A program made the translations under genes and the position numbers. 64,000 nt of DNA from Eledone cirrhosa (taxonomy: Eukaryota). The stretch covers positions 124,001-188,000 of the forward strand of contig CAXHJY010001097.1 of NCBI GenBank assembly GCA_964016885.1, in the 5' to 3' direction. The notes below the pieces were generated by a model. It saw only the letters and a list, made by a program, of their open reading frames with translations, was not told the DNA's origin and did not search any database. Shown here one piece after another: positions 40,905 to 55,300 of the stretch (position 1 is the stretch's first letter; every line of letters starts with the position of its first letter).

Positions 40905-41560
40905 AATTTTAGAGAGTGAGGTACCACAGACATCACAGTGATATGGTTCCTCTCCTGTATATGTTAGTGTGTAGTGAAGCCACAACATTTAGAGAGTGAG
41001 GTACCACAGACATCACAGTGATATGGTTCCTCTCCTGTATATGTTAGTGTGTAGTGAAGCCACAACATTTAGAGAGTGAGGTACCACAGACACCACAGTG
41101 ATATGGTTCCTCTCCTGTATATGTTAGTGTGTAGTGAAGCCACAACATTTAGAGAGTGAGGTACCACAGACACCACAGTGATATGGTTCCTCTCCTGTAT
41201 ATGTTAGTGTGTAGTGAAGCCACAACATTTAGAGAGTGAGGTACCACAGTGATATGGTTCCTCTCCTGTATATATTAGTGTGTAGTGAAGCCACAACATT
41301 TAGAGAGTGAGGTACCACAGACATCACAGTGATATGGTTCCTCACCTGTATATGTTAGTGTGTAGTAAAGTCACAGAATTTAGAGAAGCATTTACCACAG
41401 ACATCATAGTGATATAGTTCCTCTCCTGTATATGTTAGTGTCTAGTGAAGCCACAACATTTAGAGAAAGATTTACCAAATATATCAAAGTGATATGGCTT
41501 CCCAGCTGTATGTATATGTTTGTGTGTAGTTAATGTAACATTCAAAGAGAATGGTTTCTC
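40905..41560 (-). pseudogene. Decayed ZNF 3' relic amplified as an 80-bp satellite
   Basis: The minus-strand unit reads HCDVCGTSLSKCCGFTTH* and is homologous to 17281-18000. Period 80 at 40921, 41001, 41081 and 41161. Confidence 0.88.
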
Positions 41561-41577
41561 TCACATGTCACAATGAG

Positions 41578-42405
41578 CTAATACCGCTGCTGGACACAAA
41601 AAGTTTCTCTAAAAATGAAAGGCAGGTTGTATGATGCGTGTATACGAACAGCAATGTTACATGGCAGTGAGACATGGGCATTGTGTGCAGAGGACCTGCA
41701 CAGATTGGAAAGGAACGAAGCATGCATACTCCGTTGGATGTGTAATTGTAATATACATGAACGGCAAAACATAAACAAACTAATTGAGAATTAGGAATAA
41801 GAGGGATCAGATGCTGTTTACTTGAGAGAAGATTACGTTGGTATGGTCATGTGATGCGCATGAAAGATGACAGCTTTATAAAAAAGTGCAGGGTGATCAA
41901 ATTTGATGGAAGTTATGGAGTAGGTAGATCCAGAAAAACCTGGGACGACATAAAATCCAACCTTGCACACTTACACCTCTCTTAGACAATGTCACTGGAT
42001 CGAGATCTATGGCACCACACAGTAACAGAGAAGACCTGCCTTCCCTATGTGCAAAGTTAACCTACAGTCAGTAGGCCCCTCCTAACCAAATATACACCCC
42101 AACCCACAACCCCTACTCCATGCTCCCACACCCACCAACACCACCCTGTCTCTGTAAAGCTATGTTGGTACTACAACATCCAGTCCAAACTAAAGAGGTA
42201 GTGTAGGTGTCATCACAAAAAGGCTCCCAGTCCACACTGGAAATGTGATTGGTGTTAGGAAGGGCATCCAGCTGTAGAAAACCTGCCAGATACAGTCCTA
42301 TACGAGCGAGACACGGTCACCCGATCAATCTTGCCTCAAGTGGGACACCTCCTGTCTAACCCATGCTAGCGTGGAAGACAGACATTAAATGATAATGATG
42401 ATGTT
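41578..42405 (+). mobile_element. RTE-LINE 3' fragment
   Basis: KMKGRLYDACIRTAMLHGSETW-encoding sequence plus 3' UTR. Confidence 0.9.
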
Positions 42406-43662
42406 GATATATAGTGTATATAATAGTTGTAATGTCACTGGTGCCGATCTATATCAGCCTTTCCCTTGGACAACATGACATATAGTCTATATATATTGGA
42501 CAATATTATATATAGTGTATATGTGGTGTATATAGTAGTTGTGACAATATTCTATATACATATGTACACACACACTGACAAACATGTATATACATATAGA
42601 AGGGTCGGATGAGAAGTTCATAGACAGACCAAGTTACTCTCATGGAATGAGACAATGTATACACAAATATATACTATATATATGTATACAAACACATATA
42701 TATTGTATAGTGAAGTCATACAACATATGGTAATATCATATTTTCAATTGTCAGTTAGGGAGGTACATTGTGTCCTTAAGCAAGACACATCATTCCACAT
42801 GTCTCTAATCTCCACAGCTGAAAAAGACAAGTATCAGCTTTAGTTGGAGGTTTAGCATGGGTTAGATCATTCACCTTCGTCATTTTGTCTGTAGGGTTGG
42901 CCTGAATCACAGCTCAGACTGAAATATAAAGTCTGGCCCTCTCCCGTTATTTTATTGGCAGTATCGGTAGAGCGTCGGACGCCAAGCTTTGTAGCATAGA
43001 GTTACCTCCCTTTATGATCTGAGTTCAAATCCCGCCGAGGTTAATTTTGCCTTTGATCCTTACGAGGTCGATAAAATAAAGTACCAGTAATACACTGCGA
43101 TAATTACTCGCCTTGTGCCAAAAGTAGAAACAATTATTTTCGTTGTTTGATTGGTTTTTTCTTTTTTTTCCATTACGTAAATCTTTTATTACCTTTAATA
43201 ATGTGTTTTGGTTTAATATGAACAGTTATATAAAATTAATAACGTTATTTATTCAAATCTGAATAAAGTACTAGCATATCTATTGAACGTATGAATCTAA
43301 ACTATAATAAAAGAAGTAGCGCGGGACTGCGTACAGTTTCTAATTGTTTATCCCATTAATAAAATAAGTTAGATTACTTTGAATAAATAATGAATGAATA
43401 TTACATAATTTATCTACTAAATTTCGGGGCTGTTGATTAAATATATTTTGTTTGTTTAAAAATTCTTCTTTAAAATTTCTGAAATGCCAACACTTCCGGT
43501 TGGCCATCACTTCAATAAACTATTAATTTTCTGTCACTAATTTTCTCCTAATGCAGTTTATATATAATATCGTCTTTTTTAACGTACCATGGATTACGTT
43601 ACTGATTACATAAGACAGTGTAACACAGTCTTCGTTCAATTTCTGTGTATTATATATTGTCA

Positions 43663-43855
43663 AGGCGGTGGATTGGCAGTATTGGTAGAGGGTCGGACGC
43701 CATGCTTTGACGCATAGAGTTACGGCCCTTGTCATTCTGAGTTCAAATCCCGCCGAGGTTAACTTTGCCTTTCATCCTTACGGGGTCGATAAAATAAAGT
43801 ACCAGTAATACACTGGATAAATTACTGGCCTTGTGCCTAACGTTGAAACAATTAT
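43663..43855 (+). mobile_element. Full-length tRNA-derived SINE
   Basis: A box TGGCAGTATTGG and B box GAGTTCAAATCC. Confidence 0.88.
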
Positions 43856-43899
43856 ATATTGTAAATTACGATTTTATTTGATGTATCATATCTACATGT

Positions 43900-44081
43900 A
43901 TATATATATACTTGCGTATAATATCAATATACACACTACACATGCTAGCTGAAAACCACCCGAAGGTAGCATGTGTAGTGTGTATGTTGATATTACACGC
44001 AGGTATATATATACATGTATCATATATACCTGCGTATAATATCAATATACACACTACACACGCTACCTTCGGGTGGTTTTC
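43900..44081. repeat. Triple inverted repeat (A-A'-A)
   Basis: 43905-43947 forward, 43951-44010 reverse, 44022-44081 forward. Confidence 0.9.
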
Positions 44082-44597
44082 TGGTAGTTCATATAACGGA
44101 AGTTGTTTCTGAATGTATTAAATTATGTGGGGGACTTTTAAGTCATGACACCGGTGTCAACTGGACGGTGAAATATTACCGTTTATATCTGCTCCATTGT
44201 TACAACTTAAACCTCATCTAATTTTATCTTTTATGGTGATTATTTCATATTAAGGTGGACGTTAATGTTTGTAAATAACATAAGGTGACTTATTTACCTT
44301 ATAGTTGTTGTTTTATCACCTGTATTATTAAATATTGAAGTGGTTGTTCAACATTTTACAGGACAGGAAAATATTATTTTAATCAGAAATCAGTGAATAT
44401 TTAGTTTTTACTAACTTTTCTTGACTTTATATTTGGTCTTGACAACTAAAGTACGTATTATTTCCTTTTCCACCACAACAAAAACATTGTGAACTTTTCT
44501 ATCTGAAGTGAAATATCTTGATTTATTACAACACTTACACATATTTCTACACACACACAGCTATTTATTTCTCTCGCTCATACCTACACACTGTATG

Positions 44598-44662
<65 letters not shown>

Positions 44663-45091
44663 TAACCTTCATCTTTTGTAATTATGGATATTAATTCTGT
44701 TGTCACCTGAACTGTCCTCAATAACAAGAACCTTAACTATAGAAGTCTTATTCGTCTGTTTTATGAGCTGAGGATTTTATTGTGAATAGAGCTTCTCTCA
44801 CCTTAACAATAATAATAGTGATATATTCCACAATAATCACACTCACACACACATATATATAAGCACTTGCCTTTTCTTCATCCAAGATCAGTCTTACACT
44901 GACATATGTCTTATTACTTTACCAATTAAATGCTACATTACAACTTTGTAGAAGAAGAAAGTGGACTTCTGCAGTCTTTTATGGACCCTTTGTATATTAG
45001 AATACATGGCATCTATTAACGATACCTACATTTCTTAATGTATCAGTAAAAGTGGTGAGACTCCTTTATGTAAAGATCACTAGCTAGAAAT

Positions 45092-46255
45092 ATGTCTGAA
45101 TATAGCTGTGAGATTTGTAGGAAAACTTTCCCTTCAAAACTGAAACTATCCTCACACGAGAAAATACACAGAGGAGAAAAACCCTTCCATTGTGAAATAT
45201 GTGGGAAGTCTTTTGTCTTGAACAGAAATTTAAAAAGGCATATAAGAACACACACTGGAGAAAAACCTTTTGCATGTGAAATATGTGGGAAATCCTTTTC
45301 TTGTAATTCTAATCTTGTAGTTCACAAAAGAATACACACAGGAGAAAAAGCTTATTCATGTGAAATATGTGGGAAATCTTTTTCTCAGAAGGTCCATCTT
45401 GGAGATCACAAAAGAATACACACAGGAGAGAAACCCTTCCATTGTGAAATATGTGGGAAATCTTTTTCTCGTGGTCCTCATCTTGTAGATCACAAAAGAA
45501 TACACACAGGAGAGAAACCTTATTCATGTGAAATATGTGGGAAATCTTTTTCTTGTAATTCTAATCTTGTAGTTCACATAAGAACACACACAGGAGAAAA
45601 ACCTTATTCATGTAAAATATGTGGGAAATCCTTTTCTTGTAATTCTCATCTTGTCGATCACAAAAGAACACACACAGGAGAAAAATCTTATTCATGTAAA
45701 ATATGTGGGAAATCCTTTAATTGTAATTCTAATCTTGTCGATCACAAAAGAATACACAAAGGAGAAAAACCTTATTCATGTCAAATATGTGGGAAATCCT
45801 TTTCTTGTAATTCTCATCTTGTCGATCACAAAATAATACACACAGGAGAAAAACCCTTCCATTGTGAAATATGTGGGAAATCTTTTTCTCAAGGTTCTCA
45901 TCTTGTAGATCACAAAAGAATACACACAGGAGAAAAAGCTTATTCATGTGAAATATGTGGGAAATATTTCACTCAGATGGTGCAACTTGAATATCACAAA
46001 AGAATACACACTGGAGAAAAGCCCTTCCATTGTGAAATATGTGGGAAATATTTTTCTCTAGGTTCTAATCTACGGCAACACAAAAGAATACACACAGGAG
46101 AAAAACCTTATTTGTGTGAAATATGTGGGAAATCTTTCACTCAGAAGGTCCATCTTGTAAAACACAAAAGAATACACACAGGAGAAAATGCTTATTCATG
46201 TGAAATATGTGGGAAATCTTTCTCAGAATTCTTCACTGGTTGTTCACCTACGTAG
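45092..46255 (+). CDS. Tandem C2H2 zinc-finger protein, 387 aa, 13 fingers plus a truncated 14th
   Basis: (F/Y).CEICGKSF....[10 protein letters not shown] repeats in an intact ORF. Candidate acceptor at 45046. Confidence 0.93.
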   Translation: MSEYSCEICRKTFPSKLKLSSHEKIHRGEKPFHCEICGKSFVLNRNLKRHIRTHTGEKPFACEICGKSFSCNSNLVVHKRIHTGEKAYSCEICGKSFSQKVHLGDHKRIHTGEKPFHCEICGKSFSRGPHLVDHKRIHTGEKPYSCEICGKSFSCNSNLVVHIRTHTGEKPYSCKICGKSFSCNSHLVDHKRTHTGEKSYSCKICGKSFNCNSNLVDHKRIHKGEKPYSCQICGKSFSCNSHLVDHKIIHTGEKPFHCEICGKSFSQGSHLVDHKRIHTGEKAYSCEICGKYFTQMVQLEYHKRIHTGEKPFHCEICGKYFSLGSNLRQHKRIHTGEKPYLCEICGKSFTQKVHLVKHKRIHTGENAYSCEICGKSFSEFFTGCSPT

Positions 46256-46371
46256 TCAACACTTGCAATAAACCCCATCACTGTGAAATGCGAAACACAC
46301 AAATATACAGACACACTCTGGAAGGAAGAATATAAAATGTGAAGCTTGAAAAATCCTTATCTTATACTTAT

Positions 46372-46812
46372 CATCATCACCGTTTTACGTCATGTGACCT
46401 CATCTTGCTCGTTCGGGAACTGATTTTGGCTTGATTTCTACAACTTGATGTCCTTCTTAACACAAAACCTCATTTACTGTGTGTGCTAGGTGCTTTTTTT
46501 ACCATGGTGCCTACACAGCCACTTTACTCTGGGGGCTGGGGGCTTTTTTGTTGAACACTTTGCAGTGGGTGGGGATGGGGACATATTTGTCTATATGCTT
46601 CAGCTTCGGCTTGTAGCCATGTGAAGTCAGGTCTTCTGTATTACTGCATGATGCCAGAGGGCACCGTCCTGCGTCATCGCCTTTGAGAGGTGCAATTAGG
46701 CAAGGTCAGCTTTTATCACCTCATCCCGCGTCTTCCTGGATCTCCCCACTCCATGGCTTCCAGCGACATTTAGTGCTCTGCACCTTTTAATGCAGCTGTC
46801 ATCCTTCATATG
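46372..46812 (-). mobile_element. RTE-LINE 3' fragment
   Basis: Similar to 20312-20820. Confidence 0.8.
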
Positions 46813-48434
46813 TATCTATATATATATATACTCTATCAAATGGAAGAAGTATACTGCCATATATTGAAGATTACTACAATATCTAGGGAGCGAAGGACAA
46901 TATATGCCAGACATTCCTACCAATGAATTGATGAGCTGGCTCCTGTGGTGGATACCTAAACATAGTAAGACCCTAGTGAGATGACTGAAAATGACCTACA
47001 TAGATCAGATGTCTAGGGATGTTCAGGTAGGGATTAATGATCTCAAGAATGCCACGAAATAATAATATATATTAATGAACATTTATTATGGTGAAATATG
47101 TTGGAAATTATTCTCAGGTTTTGTATTGTAATCCACAAATACACTCTGTAGAAAGTTCTACTTCATATTTGTCATTAAGGTTTCTTATAGAGACACAATC
47201 TTATTTTATTGGTGATGGTGGTGGATTGGCAGAATCAGTAGAGTGTCAGACGATATGCTTTCTGTCATATAGTTACATCCCTTTACGTTCTGTATTAAAA
47301 ACCTGCTGAGGTTAGCTTTACTCTTCTTCCTCATGTTCAGTAAAATAAAGTACCAGTAATGCACTGGGGTTGAGTTAAAAGTAGAAACATTTATTTAAAG
47401 TCTACAAAACAATGGATGGAATACTTTCTGCCATATTTGTTCTGGTTCTCTGCTCTGAGTTTAAATCCTGCTGAGGTCAACTTTGCCTTTCATCCATTCA
47501 AGGTTGATAACAAAAAAGTACCAGTCTACCACTGGTGTCTGTTCTTTCTCACTTCCTCTCTCTCATTCTCTCTCCTTCTCTGGAAGAAATCACCTGTCCC
47601 AACTTGGAGAGTGAAGGGCTCCACCAAGCTTCAGATGTCCACAGTGACACCCCTATGACTCCATCAGTGCAAGAAAAACAAAACAAGATTGATGTGTTTA
47701 TATGTGTTATTTTACAAACACTAACTGGTTTATATTTATATTTATGACAAAATATCCACATTTATGTGTAAATAAAAACAATTTTATAACTTTAATATTT
47801 GTTGATGGTACTTTCATGACAGTTGAAATTATGACTTTTTTTTAGAAATAATTCACATTTGAAAATACTTTACAACTTTCTTCTCTTGCCAAACAAGGGT
47901 TTGGTAGGACCCTTCAGTTGTGTCAAAGACATAACAACCTCTTTAGTACTGGTGCCCCAGTAGAATGTGGGACAAAATGTAAGAGAGATGTGGTCTACCA
48001 CTGCACCCTGGTTTGTAAAGACCTATCCCACCCTTGCTAGCAGGGAAAGTAGACATTAAATGATGATCTATGATGTCATTGGTGCCAAGTTGTTTCAACT
48101 ATTACCTTGGACAACATTATATATAATGTGTATGTAGTATATATATAGTTTATATATTGTCTATATGTAGCATATACTCTATATATGCAGTATTTATATA
48201 TAGTGAATATATTGTGTATATGTAGCCCGTACATATTATTTATATGTTTATATATAGTGTATATATTGTGTATATGTAGCACATACTCTATATACATAGT
48301 ATTTAAATGTAAATATATAGTGTATATATTGTGTATATGTTAGCACATACACTATATACATAGTATTTATATGTATATATATAATGTATACATAGTATTT
48401 ATATGTATACATATACATAGTATTTATATGTATC

Positions 48435-50842
48435 AATTAAGGCCAAAAAGCAGGCTTGGAAAGTATGGCGGAAGCAGAGGAGACTATCAAATGGCCAGGA
48501 GGGAAGCTAGGAGACAAGTGTACTTCGCAAGAAGGGAAGCAGAGGAAAGAAACTTCAAGCATGTCCTACAACGCGAGGACCAGAATCGTGAGGTGTTCAG
48601 GATTGCTAGGCAATGTGTCAAGGAAAACCGTGATATTGTCGGGGAGAAGTGTGTACTTAATGATGACGGCGTACTTGCCATCACCGACGCTGATAAGAAG
48701 GTAGCTTGGAAGTGTCACTATGAAAGGCTACTAAATGAGGAGTATAAATGGGAGAAAGACAGTCTCCCCCACATCGACCCAATAGAGGGACCAGCAGTGT
48801 TAGTCGAGGGTAGTATAATAAGTAAGGCAATCAAAGATATGAAGACGGACAAGGCGGCTGGGCCTTCGGAAATAGTTGCCGAGATGCTGAAGGCATCTGG
48901 TATGGTGGGACACACCATGGTCACCCGGATAGTTAACCAAGTCGTACAGAATGGGGTTGTTCCAAAGGACTGGCGTAGCAGCATACTCGTTAACTGTTAT
49001 AAGGGTAAAGGAGATGCCCTAGATAGGAGTAACTATAGAGGCATTAAATTAATCGACCAGGTCATGAAGGTCACGGAAAAAGTAATAGTGCAACTAATCA
49101 GAGAGAGAATTGATCGAGATGAAATGCAGTTCGGGTTTGTGTCAGGCAAAAGTACCACAGACGCTCTTTTCATTGTACGACAACTACGGGAGAAGTACCT
49201 AGCTAAAAGTAAACCCCTATACTTAGCTTTTGTCGACTTGGAGAAAGCCTTCGACAGAGTCCCTCGTTCCATTATCTGGTGCGCTCTTAGAAAACTATGT
49301 GTTGACGAATGGCTTGTGAGAGCTATACAAGCCATGTATAAAGAAACAGTCAGCAAGGTTAGAATTAACAACGAATATAGTGAAGAGTTTAGCGTAAAAG
49401 TTGGCGTCCATCAGGGCTCTGTTCTCAGCCCCCTACTATTTATTATTGCCCTTCAGGCTATAACAGAGGAGTTCAAGACCGGTTGCCCATGGGAACTCCT
49501 ATACGCAGATGACCTAACACTCATAGCTGAATCAATGGCCGAGCTAGAGAAGAAATACCAAACATGGAAGCACGGCCTAGAATCAAAAGGCCTTAAAATT
49601 AACCTGGCTAAGACTAAAGTTATAGTTTGTAAGAAAGAAAATAAGGCGGCGGTCCCTTCCGGGAAGTGGCCATGCTCAGTGTGTAGGAAAGGCGTAGGTA
49701 GAAATTCCATTTTGTGTCCCAAATGCAAAGTATGGGTGCATAAAAGATGTAGTGGGATCACAGGTAAGCTAACTAAGAACATAGATTTTACATGTGGCCG
49801 GTGCTCTGGTGCAATAAGTAGCAGCAAGTGCCCACTAAATACTAGCTCTTTCAACTGCGCAGAGGGTTCTATAGAAATAGTGGACAGCTTCTGTTACCTG
49901 GGTGACAAAATCAGCAGTGGGGGAGGGTGCTCTGAAAGTACAGCAGCTAGAGTCAGAACTGGATGAAAAAAGTTCAGAGAGCTTATACCACTATTAGCCG
50001 CTAAAGGGTTCTCCCTAAAAATGAAAGCCAGGTTGTATGATGCCTGCATACGAACAGCAATATTGCATGGCAGTGAGACCTGGGCATTGTGTGCAGAGGA
50101 TATACGCAGACTAGAGAGAAACGAAGCTTGCATGCTCCGCTGGATGTGTAATAGTAATATACGTGAACGGCAAAGCATAAACGAACTAAGGAAAAAATTA
50201 GAAATAAGGGGGATCAGATGTTGTTTACACGAGAGAAGGCTACGTTGGTATGGTCACGTGATGCGCATGAAAGACGATAGCTGTATAACAAAGTGCAGGG
50301 CAATAAAGATAGACGGTAGCCACGGAATAGGCAGACCCAGAAGACCTGGGACGAGCTGATAAATTCCGACCTCACACACTTACACCTCACCAAGACAATG
50401 TCACTGGACCGAGACCTTTGGCGGTACTCAGTAACAGAGAAGACCCGCCTTACCTAAATACATAGTAAAACCTACTACAGCCAGTAGGCATCTCTAACAA
50501 AATACACCCCCGTCCCACCATCCCCACCTCATCCACACCGCCCCTTTCAATGTAAAGTTATGTTGGTGCCACAGCATCCAGACCGAAACAAATGAGATCG
50601 TGTAGGTGTCACGACAAAAAAACACACAGTCCACGCTGTAATGTGGCCGTGTAGGCAACACGGTAAAAACCTCCCAGCCCCACACTGTAAATGTGGTTGG
50701 TGTTAGGAAGGGCATCCAGCTGTAGAAAACCCGCCAGACACTCCTATGTGAGCAAGACAACCACTCTTGCCTCAAGTGGGAAAACTCCCGTCCAAACCCA
50801 TGCAAGCGTGGAACATGGACGTTAAACGATGATGATGATGAT
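48435..50842 (+). mobile_element. 5'-truncated RTE-LINE (RT + PHD + C-terminus)
   Basis: ORF 48371-49966 ends at a TGG->TGA stop and continues at 50021-50359. (GAT)n tail. Confidence 0.96.
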
Positions 50843-51400
50843 ATACGCACATATATTAATATATTTGTGTGTGTGTGTGTGTATATATATATATAAACGC
50901 ACACACACGTCTGTGTGTGTGTACATGTATATATATATATATACACACACACACTCATGTACATTTATATATATATGTGTGTGTGTGTGCATGAGTCCTT
51001 CTTTCTGGTGTTTCCTATAGTGTTGTTAGCTGACTTTTGGCTGCTATTTCTAAAGTGTCTATTAATATATGCTGGAAACAGCAGTCAAATGCCAGTTAAC
51101 AAGACCAAATAAGAAGGTTTACATAAACTGCAGACCCGCAAAATTTTTAACTCAATTTCCGGCTTTAAGTAAGACAAGAGTTATCTTTCTTGCCAAATAT
51201 TCTCCGTTTGTTGACATAAAAAAATCTATTGTTTAAAAAGTTGAGACTGAATTTTACCTAACTTTTTCATCTTGTCCACTTCCGGTGTTAATTTTAGCGC
51301 TAGAAATAGCAGCCAAGGCAACATATATAGATATATATAATCCTAATAGTAAAGTGCTTTACTATATAAATATATATATGTGAATGTGTATATGCATGAG

Positions 51401-51446
<46 letters not shown>

Positions 51447-51491
51447 TATATATATATATATGTTATATGTATATATGTGTATATATATATG

Positions 51492-51938
<447 letters not shown>

Positions 51939-52140
51939 ATTATATGTATATATATATATATATATATGCTATATGCTTTGGACTATATTTGTAATATGGT
52001 ACAAAATGTTATACACCTCCTTAGTGATTTTTATTATATATTTTTACCCATAATCTTGCAATACTTTAGTGTATGTACACTCCATATTCTTCGTATTTTT
52101 CGGCTTGTATTGGCCGATAGTGCTTCTTGTAGTTTTAATT

Positions 52141-52178
52141 GCCTTGATGAGTCCTTAATAGGACGAAACATTGTTGGC
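52141..52178 (+). ncRNA. Minimal hammerhead motif with C3->U
   Basis: GCC-tTGATGA-GTCC ttaata GGAC-GAAA-CATTG-TT^-GGC. Confidence 0.7.
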
Positions 52179-52338
52179 TAATAAAGACTTTTGATGTATT
52201 GAAGGCTTCTTTGTTTTATTTTCATAATTCTTCGGCTCTGTTTAATTACATTGAGCTATACCTTTTACTGTCATTTCTATAATACGAAGAGGGTGTTTAA
52301 ATCCAACACGCTCCAATATTTTAATCCTTATATATATA

Positions 52339-55300
52339 TCATCATCATCATCATCATCATCAACGTTTAACGTCCGTGTTCCACGCTTGCATGGGTTTGG
52401 ACGGGGGTAGTCCCACTTGAGGCAAGAGTGATTGTCTTGCTCGCATAGGACTGTCTGGCAGGTTTTCTACAGTTGGATGCCCTTCCTAACACCAACCACA
52501 TTTACAGTGTGGGTCTGGGAGGTTTTTACCGTGTTGCCTACACGGCCACATTACAGCGTGGACTGTGTGTTTTTTTGTCGTGACACCTACACGATCTCAT
52601 TTGTTTCGGCCTGGATGGCGCGGCACCAACATAACTTTACATAGAACGGGGTGGTGTGGATCGGGTGGGGGTGGGACGGGGTGTATTTTGTTAGAGATGC
52701 CTACTGGCTGGAGTAGGTTTTACTATATATTTAGGTAAGGCGGGTCTTCTCTGTTACTGAGTACCGCCAAAGGTCTCGGTCCAGTGACATTGTCTTGGAG
52801 AGGTGTAAGTGTGTGATGTCGGAGTTTATCAGCTCGTCCCAGGTTTTTCTAGGTCTGCCTATTCCGTGACTACCGTCTATCTTTATTGCCCTGCACTTTG
52901 TTATACAGCTATCGACTTTCATGCGCATCACGTGTCCATACCAACGTAGCCTTCTCTCGAGTAAACAACATCTGATCCCTCTTATCTCTAATTTTTTCCT
53001 TAGTTCGTTTATGCTTTGCCGTTCACGTATATTACTGTTACACATCCAGCGGAGCATGCAAGCTTCGTTCCTCTCTAGTCTGCGTATATCCTCTGCACAC
53101 AATGCCCAGGTCTCACTGCCATGCAGCATTGCTGTTCGTATGCAGGCATCGTACAACCTGCCTTTCATTTTTAGTGAGAACCCTTTAGCAGCTAATAGTG
53201 GTATAAGCTCTCTGAACTTTTTCCAACCAGTTCTGACTCTAGCTACAGTACTTTCAGAGCACCCTCCCCCACTGCTGATTTTATCGCCCAGGTAACGGAA
53301 GCTGTCCACTATTTCTATAGAACCCTCTGCGCAATTGAAAGAGCTAGTAGTTTGTGGGCACTTGCTGCTACTTATTGCACCAGAGCACCGGCCACATGTA
53401 AAATCTATGTTCTTAGTTAGCTTACCTGTGATCCCACTACATCTTTTATGCACCCATACTTTGCATTTAGGACATAAAATGGAGTTTCTACCTACGCCTT
53501 TCCTACACACCGAGCACGACCATTTCCCAGGAGGGACCGCCGCCTTGTTTTCTTTCCTACAAACTAGTACTTTGGTCTTAGCCAGGTTAATTTTAAGTCC
53601 TTTTGACTCTAGGCCGTGCTTCCATGTTTGGAATTTCTTCTCTAGCTCGGCCATTGATTCCGCTATGAGTGTCAGGTCGTCTGCGTATAGGAGTTCCCAT
53701 GGGCAGCCTGTCTTGAACTCCTCTGTTATAGCCTGAAGGGCAATAATAAATAGTAGTGGACTGAGAACAGAGCCCTGATGGACGCCAACTTTTACGCTAA
53801 ACTCTTCACTATATTCGTTGTTAATTCTAACCTTGCTGACTGTTTCTTTATACATGGCTTGTATAGCCCTCACAAGCCATTCGTCAACGCCTAGTTTTCT
53901 AAGAGCCCACCAGATAATGGAGCGGGGGACTCTGTCGAAGGCTTTCTCCAAGTCGACAAAAGCTAAGTAGAGGGGTTTACCTTTAGCTAGGTACTTCTCC
54001 TGTAGTTGTCGTACTATGAAAAGAGCGTCTGTGGTACTTTTGCCTGACACAAACCCGAACTGCATTTCATCTAGGTCAATTCTCTCTCTGATTAGTTGCG
54101 CTATTACTTTTTCCGTGACCTTCATGACCTGGTCGATTAATTTAATGCCTCTATAGTTACTCCTATCTAGGGCGTCTCCTTTACCCTTATAACAGTTAAC
54201 GATGATGCTGCTATGCCAGTCCTTCGGAACAACCCCATTCTGTACGACTTGGTTAACTATGCGGGTGACCATGGTGTGTCCCACCGTGCCAGATGCCTTC
54301 AGCATCTCAGCAACTATTTCCGAAGGCCCAGCCGCCTTACCAGTCTTCATATCCTTGATTGCCTTACTTATTATACTCCCCTCGACTAACACTGCTGGTC
54401 CCTCTATTGGGTCGATATGGGGGAGACTGCCTTTCTCCCAATTATTCTCCTCATTTAGTAGCCTTTCATAGTGACACTTCCAAGCTACCTTCTTATCAGC
54501 GTCGGTGATGGCAAGTGTGCCATCGTCGTTTAGTACACACTTCTCCCCGACAATATCACGGTTTTCCTTGACGCATTGCCTAGCAATCCTGAACACCTCA
54601 CGTTTTTGGTCATCGCGTTGTAGAACATGCTTGAACTTTCTTTCCTCAGCTTCCCTTCTTGCTAAGTACACTTGTCTCCTAGCTTCCCTCCTGGCCACTT
54701 GATAGTCCTCTCTACTTCCCCCATCCCGCCATACTTTCCAAGCCTGCTTTTTGGCCTTAATTGACCCCTCCACCTTACTGTTCCACCACCATGTTACTCT
54801 CCTCCTGCCTACAGGCCTGCTCCAGCCACAGACTTCGTCTGTCGCCAACAGCAGGTTTGCTTTCAGAAATTCCCACTCTCCCTCTATATTGTCAGACTCT
54901 AAATGTTCTTCCTTACTGTCGAAAGCATCAAGTAATATGCTTTGAAATTTATTCCTGGCTGTGGGGTCCTTTAGCTTCCATATTTTCCTCCTGAGGATAG
55001 TCCTCTTCTGTTGTCGAGTACGTCTCGTCCTGACTATGAGGTCGCTAATTATCAGTCTATGTTGGGAGGTGCATTCTTCATGGGGGAGGGATTTAGTGTT
55101 TACAACAGACACTCTGTCACGTCTTCTGGTAAGGATATAATCTACCTGGCTTGTGTGTTCCCCGGATCTATAGGTGATCAGGTGATTGTCACGTTTTTTG
55201 AAGTTAGTGTTACAGATAGTTAGGTTATTTGCATCACAGAATTCCAGGATTCTGGAGCCTTCCTCATTTCTAGTACCAAACCCATAGCCTCCATGGATTT

